Shown here piece after piece: positions 50,758-64,000 of a DNA stretch of 64,000 nt. The DNA is from Macrostomum lignano (lineage: Eukaryota). Where the stretch lies: NCBI GenBank assembly GCA_002269645.1, contig NIVC01002125.1:111065-175064 (forward strand). Reading direction: 5' to 3'. Position 1 is the first letter of the stretch. Each line of letters begins with the position of its first letter. A program made the translations under genes and the position numbers. Below the pieces are notes generated by a model. The model searched no databases. It saw only the letters and a list, made by a program, of their open reading frames with translations, and was not told the origin of the DNA.

Positions 50758-51509
50758 TGTAGTACCATGATAATTTTTACGTAGCTACCGTGAGGGTCAC
50801 CAAAAGCAGAAGTTCCCCAGTTGCTCGTGGATGCACTGCATAAGCTACATAATAGTAGCGGACACGGCTTCCTTTTCGACTTGCCTGTCCTCAGCAAGTC
50901 TGTGAAATAAGTTGAAAAAGGCGCCGAATGGTCTTCGCTCTTCTTCTGCTTTTTCGCTGTCCTTTTCTCTGGTTAGCCCAGCAGCAAAGCGACAGAGATT
51001 AGACTGCGCAAAATCCCTTTGGCTTTTTGGACATTGAAGGCGCAAAGGAGGGGGGTGGAGTGGCCGTCTGCTTCCGTCCTTGGCTCTCTTTCCTCTTTTA
51101 GCTGTAAGCCGCTTTGTGAGACCGACAGAGAGGCGGCGCTTCTTTGCCATTGCGGGAGATGCTGCACCACACTCGAGTCTTGTCGAGCCTTCAAATTACT
51201 GAGAAGAGAGGGCCTCCCCTGGCCAGAATAAGTGGGAGAGAGAGCCGGGCTTGAGGACTACCGCCCATACCAGCAAATAGGGGATCATCAGAGCAGGGAG
51301 CGCGTAGCTCTCTGAAATAGCTGAGCATCTGCTTTGCTCAGAACTGCAGCTGTTGTTGCGGATTTTCTATTAGTTACACTTAAATGACCAATTACAACTA
51401 TTCTGAGTAAGAGATTGTGTTCATCTGTAGACAGTCAATGAAAATTGTTCAAGAAGTCAATTTTCGGGTGGTAAATGGACACTAAACAGGCATTGAGAAG
51501 GTGTTAAAA

Positions 51510-52421
51510 TGATCAACAATAGACACTGGACAGACATTGAGCTGATCAACAATGGTCACTGGACAGACATTGAGCTGATCAACAATGGTCACTGGACAGA
51601 CATTGAGCTGATCAACAATGGTCACTGGACAGACATTGAGCTGATCAACAATGGTCACTGGACAGACATTGAGCTGATCAACAATAGACACTGGACAGAC
51701 ATTGAGCTGATCAACAATGGTCACTGGACAGACATTGAGCTGATCAACAATGGTCACTGGACAGACATTGAGCTGATCAACAATAGACACTGGACAGACA
51801 TTGAGCTGATCAACAATAGGCACTGGACAGACATTGAGCTGATCAACAATAGACACTGGACAGATATTGAGCTGATCAACAATAGACACTGGACAGACAT
51901 TGAGCTGATCAACAATAGACACTGGACAGACATTGAGCTGATCAACAATGGACACTGGACAGACATTGAGCTGATCAACAATAGACACTGGACAGACATT
52001 GAGCTGATCAACAATAGACACTGGACAGATATTGAGCTGATCAACAATAGACACTGGACAGACATTGAGCTGATCAACAATGGTCACTGGACAGACATTG
52101 AGCTGATCAACAATGGTCACTGGACAGACATTGAGCTGATCAACAATAGACACTGGACAGACATTGAGCTGATCAACAATGGTCACTGGACAGACATTGA
52201 GCTGATCAACAATGGACACTGGACAGATATTGAGCTGATCAACAATAGACACTGGACAGACATTGAGCTGATCAACAATGGACACTGGACAGATATTGAG
52301 CTGATCAACAATAGACACTGGACAGACATTGAGCTGATCAACAGTGGTCACTGGACAGACATTGAGCTGATCAACAATAGACACTGGACAGATATTGAGC
52401 TGATTAACAATGGACACTGGA
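51510..52421. repeat. 33-bp minisatellite TTGAGCTGATCAACAAT(AGA/GGT/GGA)CACTGGACAGA(C/T)A
   Basis: About 27 units. Confidence 0.95.
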
Positions 52422-54787
52422 CACACATAAAGTCTGTTCAAACGACTTAGAGGTCAGGTATTTAAAACAAAGTAACCAAAATTTGTCGATGTTCTGTGTT
52501 GAACTGCTGCAGGCATTCTCATTAGACGCGTAGCTCCATTGAATTGCTGCTCCTGTTGCATTGCATTTCCCTTTTCTCCAACAGCTCTTGACGAGAGCAG
52601 GACGACTCAGCCATGCGGCCCCACTGCGTAGGAGGAAGCGAACGGCCCTCGCATGCGACAGCAGACGACGAGCCGAAGGACGGCTTAAGTCGGCTCTCCG
52701 ATCCCTTCCCCTTCCCCATCGGGTGCTTGCGCTACGCACGCCTAAGTTTCATTTCTCTCCTTCACCCTCCCCATTCTCCCCGTCTCTCTTCACTGCACAG
52801 CGAATTCGTTGAGCCATGGAATTCTAGATGCAGCATCTGGAGTGAAAACCTCGGACCCCCATTCTTCTGAGTTTTTTTACATTTTGTCACGACTTTAAAA
52901 AGCGCATGTGGAAAAAATAAGGATAGCTTCTGTTTGGGTTTATTCAATTTTTAAAGTTGTTTTTTAATTGTTTATGCCAAAATAAACTTCGGTCTGTTAA
53001 ATTCTATGAATTTTATAGCAAAGGCATCGCTGAAAATCTAAAAAAGGCGGCCATATTTGAACAGGAAGAACGTGACTTTTCCTGTTTGCTTCTAATCCAG
53101 GTATCTAGGCCTAGAACTCCATGTCTCCAATGCCGAGGGACTCGGCGCAGACTCAAGGCCCGGCCCAGAAATGAAATTTGAGAGGCCGCGCTGCCAGAGA
53201 GTGAGAGACGGAGGGGAAGATGCTGATGAAGAGGCTGGAAGAGCGGCAGGGGGCTCGATTTGATTTCCCCCTAACCGGATTTTGCAAAGCCCCCCTTCAC
53301 CCACTGTCCCCTTGATCGCCCGGCCTGATCAGAGAGACGGAGGCGCCCCATCGCTCTGCTCAGCATGACACTCGAAGGAACGGGACAGAAGCTGTTCCCA
53401 GACATTCTCTTGTCCTTCATTCCCCATTTTGCAGCGCGTGCCGACTCAGAGACCCGGACTGGTGCTCTAACCTAAATTAGGAGTCCCAAAAGAAGTTTTG
53501 ATCTCTTTTAAATACCCGTCCCGTTGAGTTTATCGGTCACGTGATCGAAATGGAAAGCTTGACGCGCAGAAGAAACTAAGGGACAAATTTAACAATTAAC
53601 TTCAAGATAATTACTCTAGGCAAAATGTGTGAACTGAATTGGATCTCGAGACCAAGGATAGTGAAGAATTTTAAACAGCCGCGGACTTCGCTGCCTCAGC
53701 AAAGAAAGACGCAACAGCCGGGAGAATTTTTTTGACATGAACTACATGTATGGTACGTTCAACAACAGCGATCCGCTATTGACATTAGCAGACCTAGACA
53801 ATGTTCTAAAATTAACCAACAATTAGTCCTTCAGCCACTATCATTATCTGCCTTCGAAAATGCGAGCCCGCGAAACAGCTAATAGCCGAATAGGTGATCC
53901 AATATATTCATAAGAGGGGTGGACAAGCTTTACGGAGCTATACTGCTCCAAAGTACAAATAGTTCAACAAAACAACCTCAGTCTGTTGCTCTCGCTATGT
54001 GAGAGAAAGGGCCTGTATTAGTATCCATGCAATATGTTACATGAGTTGTCACTCACAAGACTGAGGGCGTTCTATTGGACAGCCTTTGAGCAGTAGCGCT
54101 GACGGAGCACGGATCAGTCATGCTTCATTGGATCACAATCACTCCTTATTAGGAGAGAGCAGCTACCAACAAAAGCTTCAGTGGGAAAACGTGACCAATC
54201 GCAAGTTGCTTCATTTGATTTCTTGCTTGCAGTTATGAATCGAATAGATAATCCATCCTGAGTTGAATGAAAGAGACATTTAATAGGTTTTATTGTTGTC
54301 GTACGTGTGTCCCAAGCTTCGATACAATTTAATCGTACGCTATCTTTTGAGCCACAATGGACCACTGAAAATACATTGGTTTCCTGTACGTACACAGACT
54401 TTGTCCTAAATGCCCTAATGACTTTCGAGAAAGTTGTATCCGTGACAATTTGAGTGCAGCAGCTCCGACACCTGTCATAATCGACTACCCAGGGCAACAC
54501 AACACAGCTTTTTGATCACTAATTAAATAAACAGAAAGTGACAAAGACAAATTTCGGCAACAAATTTCGGATAACTCGCATTTCAAATACATTTATAGCC
54601 TAGGCAAGCATAGGTCGTGGCAGATTTGCGGGGCTGTGAAAGCATATTGTTGCAAAATGTGTTAGTGGCTTGGGCAAGTAGTGACCTTAAGTAAAACGCT
54701 ATTTAAAGACAGTTGACAAGTTCATATAGTTAAAGACAGGGAGGGACAAGAAGCGACAAGGGGAGCGAGTCTGAATTTTCAGGGTTG

Positions 54788-55669
54788 TCAGGGCGGGTGC
54801 CTTGGCGTGAGCAGAGTGATGCAGACGCCCAGCACAACCGCGAATGTGATTATGACCACCAGGACAACAACGATCAGCGCCACGCAACGACGGCGGCGCC
54901 CTCTCGAACCGGTGTGAATTTCTAGCAGCACCGGCTGATGCTGAAACACATAGCTGTCAAAGCTGTCGCTGCTGTCCGTGCGAATCAAAGCGGACCAGGT
55001 CTCTTCCAGCTGATGGTGCTGCTGCTGCTGCTGCTGCTGTCTGAGACTGTCTGCCAGTTCGCGCGCTCTGTCTGCATCTGCCAGGGGATTCCACGTGGTA
55101 GCTGCTGCAGCAGCTGCGGCTGCTGCCGAGGCCGACATTCGGCCGTGGTGGTGGCCGCCGGGCAGCCGCTGGCCTTCGTGCAGGCCAACAGGGATGGGGC
55201 CGCTGGAAGCGGATGCGCTCTGCTGATCGGTTGCGGGGAACCTCTGCATCAGACGGTGCGTCATCAATAGCAGATCGGCAAAGTAGGCGACAGACTCTAC
55301 GAGAAGATTGAGAGCCTGTTGCTGCTGTTGCTGGTTCTGCTCCTGTTGTTGCTGGTTCTGCTGCTGAAGCTGGTACGCCAGATTTACCTGGTCCCAGGCT
55401 CGATTCCGCAGATTGTGCAAGTCATCCCTGGCCCGTCGGCTGTCGACCGTCGTGCCCAGCTGGCCAAGCAGGCTCTGGTAGAGCGCCAGCAGCAGGCTGA
55501 GATCGATAGCAGAGATCTCAGCGGAGGAGCCGGCCCTCGGTCGGGAGCCGCGACGCATAGAAGCTGCTGCTCCAGTTGAAGCGGCAGCCGTGGCTACAGC
55601 CGCAGCAGTGGCAGCAGCAGCCGAGCTGGATGCTCTGGAGGAGCCGATCGGTAGCTTCCTGCCGCCCAT
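54788..55669 (-). CDS. intronless tail-anchored protein, R9AP/R7BP (RGS anchor)- or syntaxin-Habc-like
   Basis: 293 aa, strong start context GGCGGCATGG. LYQSLLGQLGTTVDSRRARDDLHNLRNRA resembles the R9AP/R7BP/Stx7-type N-terminal helix. PolyA and polyQ tracts; basic RRRR followed by a C-terminal hydrophobic helix. Confidence 0.7.
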   Translation of the reverse strand: MGGRKLPIGSSRASSSAAAATAAAVATAAASTGAAASMRRGSRPRAGSSAEISAIDLSLLLALYQSLLGQLGTTVDSRRARDDLHNLRNRAWDQVNLAYQLQQQNQQQQEQNQQQQQQALNLLVESVAYFADLLLMTHRLMQRFPATDQQSASASSGPIPVGLHEGQRLPGGHHHGRMSASAAAAAAAAATTWNPLADADRARELADSLRQQQQQQQHHQLEETWSALIRTDSSDSFDSYVFQHQPVLLEIHTGSRGRRRRCVALIVVVLVVIITFAVVLGVCITLLTPRHPP

Positions 55670-56749
55670 GCCGCCGCCTCAGCCGCCGGCGCCTCAGCTG
55701 TGGCCGTGCGATCTGCGTCACTAATCGAAGCCTCCGACCGATTGGATTTCTAAGACTTCCTTCTGCACCTTTGCAACGGTCTCAGTCTGGCTGAAGCGAT
55801 AGCAAAAATGTTCACTCTTCAAGTGCGCTTCATCTTATAAGTCATCGCCTCTCTTAAACATCGCTATAATCACAGTCGCTCTCATATTCGTCGCGTTTGA
55901 GCTCCCCTATACTGAGGCGTGGAAAAGCACAAGAGGAGGCTGTAGGGGAAGACATGGGGAGAACAGGGGGAGGGGTGGGGTGGGAAGAACTCCGCCTCAT
56001 CGTCTACTCGCCCGTCGCAGCGGTGTGGGGGACTGAGATGGCAGCAATGGAGGGGAAGGGGAGGGGCGATGGAGAAAGAAAGAAGGAGCGGGAGCAGCAA
56101 CTAGGAGGTCAGAGTAATGGTGCGACTCTGCCGGGGTGGGGTGGCGGGATGGAAGTGAAACACGGCCTCCCGTCCCGCCGAGCCTTGCATCAGCCTTCGC
56201 ACACACACGGGCTGGCGGAGACAGAGAGAGGGGAGGGGGGTATTCGGGGAGACAGCGATCTTTCTCTCTCCAATTGCGGCTGCGGGGACACCGCCGCGCC
56301 TCCTCGCCCACCCCCTCGTCCGCGAGCATCGAGCCAGCGGACTGGGATGGTAGAAGTAGGCGTGAGAGATTACGGAACAGAGATGAAAAAGGATGGGAAT
56401 AGGAGTGATAGGGCGGGAGAGACTATTGGGGCGACTCATTTTGAGAAATCGAGAGTAGGGATGCGGCCGAAAATAAAATAATATCCCGCAATCAGGATTA
56501 GCTGTGGTTCTCGTCTAGTGGGCTGCGCCGTCCACTCTGATATTCTCCCCCCCCCCGCCGTGGCCGTATCCCGAGCTGAAATCTCAGCCCCTAGCTCATG
56601 TCTTTTCCTCGTCGCGCGTGCACCGCTCACCTGGCGGGGTAGAATCACCTGTTTGAGTAATTAGTTTTACTGCACAGTAGCCCAGATGGACAGGTGAAAC
56701 GGATGGCTTTGCTAGGCTTCTTTGCAGTGTCTGAGATGCCACGGAGCTC

Positions 56750-57225
56750 TGCTTGTGTCCCCTGTGAGCGATGTGTGTCAGTCTAAACTCTGCTTTTGTC
56801 CCCTGTGAGCTATATGTGTCAGTCTGAGCTCTGCTTGTGTCACTTGTGAGCGATGTGTGTCAGTCTGAGCTCTGCTTGTGTCACTTGTGAGCGATGTGTG
56901 TCAGTCTGAGCTCTGTTTGTGTCACTTGTGAGCGATGTGTGTCAGTCTGAGCTCTGCTTGTGTCACTTGTGAGCGATGTGTGTCAGTCTGAGCTCTGCTT
57001 GTGTCACTTGTGAGCGATGTGTGTCAGTCTGAGCTCTGCTTGTGTTACTTGTGAGCGATGCCGTGTGTCAGTCTTGTGTCACTTATGAGTGATGCCGTGT
57101 GTCAGTCTTGTGTCACTTATGAGTGATGCCGTGTGTCAGTCTTGTGTCACTTATGAGTGATGCCGTGTGTCAGTCTTGTGTCACTTATGAGTGATGCCGT
57201 GTGTCAGTCTTGTGTCACTTGTGAG
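56750..57225. repeat. 41-bp minisatellite grading into a related 34-bp unit
   Basis: gtgtcagtctgagctctgcttgtgtcacttgtgagcgatgt, then ccgtgtgtcagtcttgtgtcacttatgagtgatg from 57061. Confidence 0.92.
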
Positions 57226-57644
57226 TAATTCCGTGTGCCACCTCGTCTGGCCAATTATTTTTTTATTATTAAAAAATTTGTTAGCTCTGCTTGGTCAGGA
57301 AATTCCGGCTTCCCGACTTCGGTAGAGGGACGAGGATAACAAATCAGCGTTGCATCCGGAGGTTTTGGGTGTCCCCATGGGTGCGAGGTCTCCAGGGCCC
57401 TGTCGGTTCAGTCAGTCAATCAACCTCCTGCCGGCATATGGGAGAAATTCATAACCGGGCCTTTTGGGAAATTTCCTAGTCAGGGTAGCTTCCCAATTTC
57501 AATACTGGTCTGGTTACTTGAAACCCTGCTGCTCGAAAAAAAGTGCTCCGGATTTTTGAGAACTCTAAATTTTGGGGCAGGAGATCACTCGTTACAGAAC
57601 TGGACTCACCTTTTTTTCTATATTTAGCATGGACTGTTAATGAG

Positions 57645-60037
<2,393 letters not shown>

Positions 60038-61559
60038 AAGGTATCTATGGGATAAATAAGAGAAAAAATCCATATACCTAATTTACTCAAAGTTAAAAGA
60101 ACAACATGTAATACCCACTTAAATAATGTCTGGAGAATATTGATGATATAGCATTTCGGAACTTTAGATTCATCAAGGATCTTTAGGGTGTCATAAACGA
60201 CAGCCAGTACACAGGCTTCTCAGATCATTACTAATTACGAGTAATTTGCATAGCATGGCTACACAAGTGCCGTATTTTAATTACTCTTTTGGTCAATTGC
60301 AATGAATTTTCAACTCTAGTTATAGACTACGTACGAGCTAGATGGTATGTCCCTTGCAAAGATACTACTGAGCTACTCTCAGTTTAGTAGCATCATCGCC
60401 ATCTCACTGCCTTTCGACAAGTTAATTTTTATCAACGAATTTTCATTCAAAACGTACTACTAACAATGAAAAATTAGGTATGAGTATATTGTTAAACATA
60501 CATGATTGACATTGGCCTTGCAATAGGCATTAAAAATTAAACCTGCAGCCGAAAGTAGCCCATGTACATAATCTTTCTGTATTTACCTTTATTTTTATAC
60601 TTTCTAAAATTAAAGTTAACTTTCTATACATATCGGCACGAAGCGATTAAGCCTCAAACGTGAAACTTTGCCAACTTCATCAAATATCATTCATAATGAT
60701 TGTCATGACAGATAGTTGCAAAACAAAGCAAAAAACTAGGGCCCAGCTGCCTCACAGCTACCTTCCCATTTCTCGACCGCCGCGTACTCACACGGCCTTC
60801 ATCGAATCGAGCAGCCTGGAGCCTCACATTCTCTGTTCCACGGGAATGCGGCATGACCACTGAGCTGGGCCCACTGATAGACTGATGCCCTTTATTTTAA
60901 CTATAAACTGATAGGCTGTTTTTCTGTCTGCCCCTCGCCACTAAATGTACATTCCACCCATCCAGCACCCCTTAAATGTACGTCTTACCACCCGCTCCGC
61001 AATGTACATTTCCTGCCCTGTCTCAGCCACTAGGCCACTAATTGGGGCCAAAATAAAATGAATTACCCTTGGAGGCTCCAGTTAATCTGATATCACTACA
61101 TAATGAAACTTCATCAGTAAGAGCCATTGTTATGATGTACCATTAACGACTTCATGGCACATCAAGGATCTTCATGGTGTCTTTAGCAACTTCATAGCAC
61201 ATCAGGGATCTTTCTGGCGTCTATAAAACTCCATGGTACCACAAAAATCTCCGTGAAGTCCTTAAGAACTCCATGAAACCTCAGGGTCATCACGGAACCA
61301 GTACTCGTGGACTGAACTTATCGGTTTTGCTGTCTGTCGTCTCGCTGACTTCTAATTGGACCGCGGTGGCTGATAGCTTGGATTGACTGGATAGCAGATA
61401 AGAGAGGGGAGTTCAGAAACACAGAAAAGCGCATTTAAGCTTGGGAATTAGACAGCTGAGACTTCTCACAACTCAGTGAATCAATAGATCCGAGAATTTG
61501 GCGGTAAGTTAGTTTGATTTTTTTCAAAATCAACAACGCTTAGCTCGGCAAAGTTCTGC

Positions 61560-61692
61560 CAGCCTCCTAGATCTAGCGTCATCAGTGGCTTCATCCAGCC
61601 TCCTAGATCTAGCTTTATCAGTGGCTTCATACAGCCTCCAAGATCTAGCTTCATCAGTGGCTTCAACCAGCCTCTTAGATCTAGCTTCATTA
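61560..61692. repeat. 36-bp minisatellite with CTAGATCTAG palindrome, about 4 copies
   Basis: Unit agcctcctagatctagcttcatcagtggcttcatcc, with variants. Confidence 0.85.
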
Positions 61693-62530
61693 GTCTTCTC
61701 CCAAACCTCTAGTCCCGCCGCATCAACTGGTACATTCACACCTGCTCTCCCCCTAGCAACTGTTGCCATGGTCAGAGGCGGCACAGGCGGTCGAATCCGA
61801 TTCGCCGCGCGCCAAGACGGGCCACGCGACCAACCCGCACGATGAGCTGGGCCTCAGACGCAACACCAGCTGGTTTAACACTCTGAACAGCGGCTGTTTC
61901 TATAGAAGCCGGACGAGGCTGTGCCCAGCCGCCTGACTGATTTCAACTGCGTCATGTGGACCGAGGCGGCTGATGAAGAGTTGCCAGTTCCGGCTTCCGG
62001 TGAGACTGCAGTTCCCCAGTTTCCAAGGACTACTAGCAGGCATGGGCAGGGATATTTATTTCCTCAGTGTTTTAGAGAGGACATGCTCTTACAAAAAATA
62101 TCCTCGAGGTGCCACTAACTTCTTAAAAGGTTTTGAGAGGTTTTCTTAAAGGAACTGGCGTCATGATACTGACAGAAAAAAGGTCCAGGTAAATTATAGT
62201 AATACAAACAGATTTTCAGGTCTCCGGTCGGTTGCAGAATTGGATAATAGGATGTGCATGAATCATCAGAGTGATAAATGAGTAGCTCTTCTCCCCTGCA
62301 CCCGTCTGTCGGAGCTTATATTGCACTCTGTTAGCCCATTTTTTCCAGCTATATTGTCCGTGTCAATCTGAGCTCCAATCAATCTGATCCAGGAAGCATG
62401 CACTGGGAATACATCGGTAATTCTGACGAATCCTCCTCATGGGACTAATGAAAACAGTATTGAGCAAACCGTAACGTAATTGCGTGGGCAGTTCATCTGC
62501 AATCTATCTTCTTCCCACTGAAACTCCGAA

Positions 62531-62833
62531 GTCTGAAGGACACTGTCTGAAGGACACTGTCTGAAGGACACTGTCTGAAGGACACTGTCTGAAGGACACT
62601 GTCTGAAGGACACTGTCTGAAGGACACTGTCTGAAGGACACTGTCTGAAGGACACTGTCTGAAGGACACTGTCTGAAGGACACTGTCTGAAGGACACTGT
62701 CTGAAGGACACTGTCTGAAGGACACTGTCTGAAGGACACTGTCTGAAGGACACTGTCTGAAGGACACTGTCTGAAGGACACTGTCTGAAGGACACTGTCT
62801 GAAGGACACTGTCTGAAGGACACTGTCTGAAGG
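62531..62833. repeat. perfect 14-bp array (GTCTGAAGGACACT)n
   Basis: About 21.6 identical units. Confidence 0.96.
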
Positions 62834-62860
62834 TTTTCCCTTGCAATCGCACAGCCGCAG

Positions 62861-63269
62861 GATCGAAGAACGCCACGGCATCATCAGGCTCGATGCCACC
62901 GGTGCCCGACACCCAGGGCCCAGCCCTGATCAGCTGCAGCCGCTCTGCTCGGCAGACTTCGCCTCAGAACGCCTCCTGACGGCCAGCTGCGTCTTGGCGC
63001 CACTGCTGCTGCTGTGTGGCAGCTGCCTGAACTGCCTCTGTTGCCGGATGATGCTGGTCTACAGCAGAAGACCGCTGCCCGTCTGCTTGTACTTGGCTTT
63101 GCTCGCTGGACTGGACACCGCCCTGCTCTGGCTGCGATTCCTCGACCTCTGGCTGCAGGCCGCCTTTGACATTAAGCTGCTACTCACGCTGGCTGTTATG
63201 GACGAGTCCACGTGCCAGCTTCTCAACATGCTCTACTCGACCCTGTTGCAATTAAAGGCTGGCATTCAG
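62861..63269 (+). CDS. class A (rhodopsin-like) peptide-type GPCR, exon with TM1-TM3
   Basis: TM1 (APLLLLCGSCLNCLC), TM2 (LYLALLAGLDTALLWL), ECL1 and TM3 Cys (STCQL). Donor CAG|gtccat, phase 0. The acceptor (cgcag at 62860) is tentative and the true start lies upstream. Confidence 0.75.
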
Positions 63270-63310
63270 GTCCATAACCTAGCCTACATACAACTACAGT
63301 CCAGACCGAT

Positions 63311-63695
63311 CCTAGACAACACCAACCCCTAGACTACACCAACCCCTAGACTAAACTAACCCCTAGACTACACCAACCCTAAACTACACCAACCCCTAGA
63401 CTACACCAACCCCTAGACTACAACAACCCTAGACTACACCAACCCTAAACTACACCAACCCTAAACTACACCAACCCCTAGACTACACCAACCCTAGACT
63501 ACACCAAACCCTAGACTACACCAACCCCTAGACTACACCAACCCCTAGACTACACCAACCCCTAGACTACACCAACCCCTAGACTACACCAACCCTAGAC
63601 TACACCAACCCCTAGACTACACCAACCCCTAGACTACACCAACCCTAGACTACACCAACCCCTAGACTACACCAACCCCTAGACTACACCGACAC
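63311..63695. repeat. 17-18 bp minisatellite CTAGACTACACCAACCC(C)
   Basis: About 21 units inside the GPCR intron. Confidence 0.93.
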
Positions 63696-63796
63696 CTACA
63701 TTTAGACTGTACCAGACTCTATAACACACCAACTACTAGACTACAGCAGTGCCTATATACCAGCCGGCACCAAGCCGACCCCATCAATGCCTGCAG

Positions 63797-64000
63797 GTGT
63801 CGCTGGCAATCGACACCACGCGGCTGATCCGCCAGCCGGTGTCCCAGCTGCACGCTACACATCAGAATGGGTGAAGAACAGCGTCATTCTGGCCTTCGTG
63901 CTGGTGCTGCTGCTGAACGGTCATCATCTTTGGACGCTGACGTAGTCAAGGTGAACAGCGTCCCAGGAGAGGCAGAGGGCGCTCTGTACTGCGGCTGGAC
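63797..64000 (+). CDS. GPCR exon (TM3 end, ICL2, TM4, ECL2) with two apparent 1-nt deletions; runs off the window
   Basis: ctgcag|GTG. VSLAIDTTRLIRQP, then with corrections YTSEWVKNSVILAFVLVLLLNGHHLWTL and DVVKVNSVPGEAEGALYCGW. Confidence 0.65.

Noticed and set aside
50845-51150. 101-aa basic ORF (MAKKRRLS...)
   Set aside because: No recognisable family, splice context or other support.
51482-52450. 313-319 aa repeat ORFs on both strands (NNRHWTDIELI / VDQLNVCPVSI), superficially like a solenoid protein
   Set aside because: The 33-bp unit is near-identical at DNA level, with no synonymous divergence. Openness follows from unit length being a multiple of 3, and no unique coding flanks were seen.
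61954-61999. MWTEAADEELPVPAS G|gtgaga as GPCR first exon
   Set aside because: Good donor but phase 1, whereas the acceptors at 62854 and 62860 need phase 2. It would require an unseen intervening exon.

Overview
Repeat-rich animal genomic DNA. The codon usage, polyQ/polyA tracts and dense minisatellites suggest a flatworm such as Macrostomum, but this is inference only. The minus strand carries a Ca2+/calmodulin-dependent phosphodiesterase (PDE1) gene. Five exons (523-663, 1433-1552, 2151-2397, 4350-4463, 12037-12178) are supported by family motifs, and 17469-17531 by splice sites and phase. Further phase-compatible exons extend the model to an MGSCVC start at 46017, and there is a candidate cassette exon at 4043-4189. 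One large intron holds a decayed LOA/R1-type non-LTR retrotransposon (about 29616-40352; APE-RT-RNase H-CCHC). An intact Ty3/Gypsy element (31922-36919) has inserted into it, with 214-bp LTRs, a CTTC target duplication, a tRNA-Leu PBS and a GGGAAAC -1 frameshift site followed by a stem/pseudoknot. Also present: an internally deleted RTE-like LINE relic, two tRNA-derived SINEs sharing a central domain, a fold-back element with a telomere-like core, an intronless R9AP/R7BP- or syntaxin-Habc-like tail-anchored protein gene (54788-55669, minus), and the first two visible exons of a class A peptide-type GPCR (62861 to window end, plus). More than 25 tandem arrays occur, including two multi-kb (TATC)n tracts; many abut splice sites. 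All coordinates and alignments were worked out by hand; no database searches were run.
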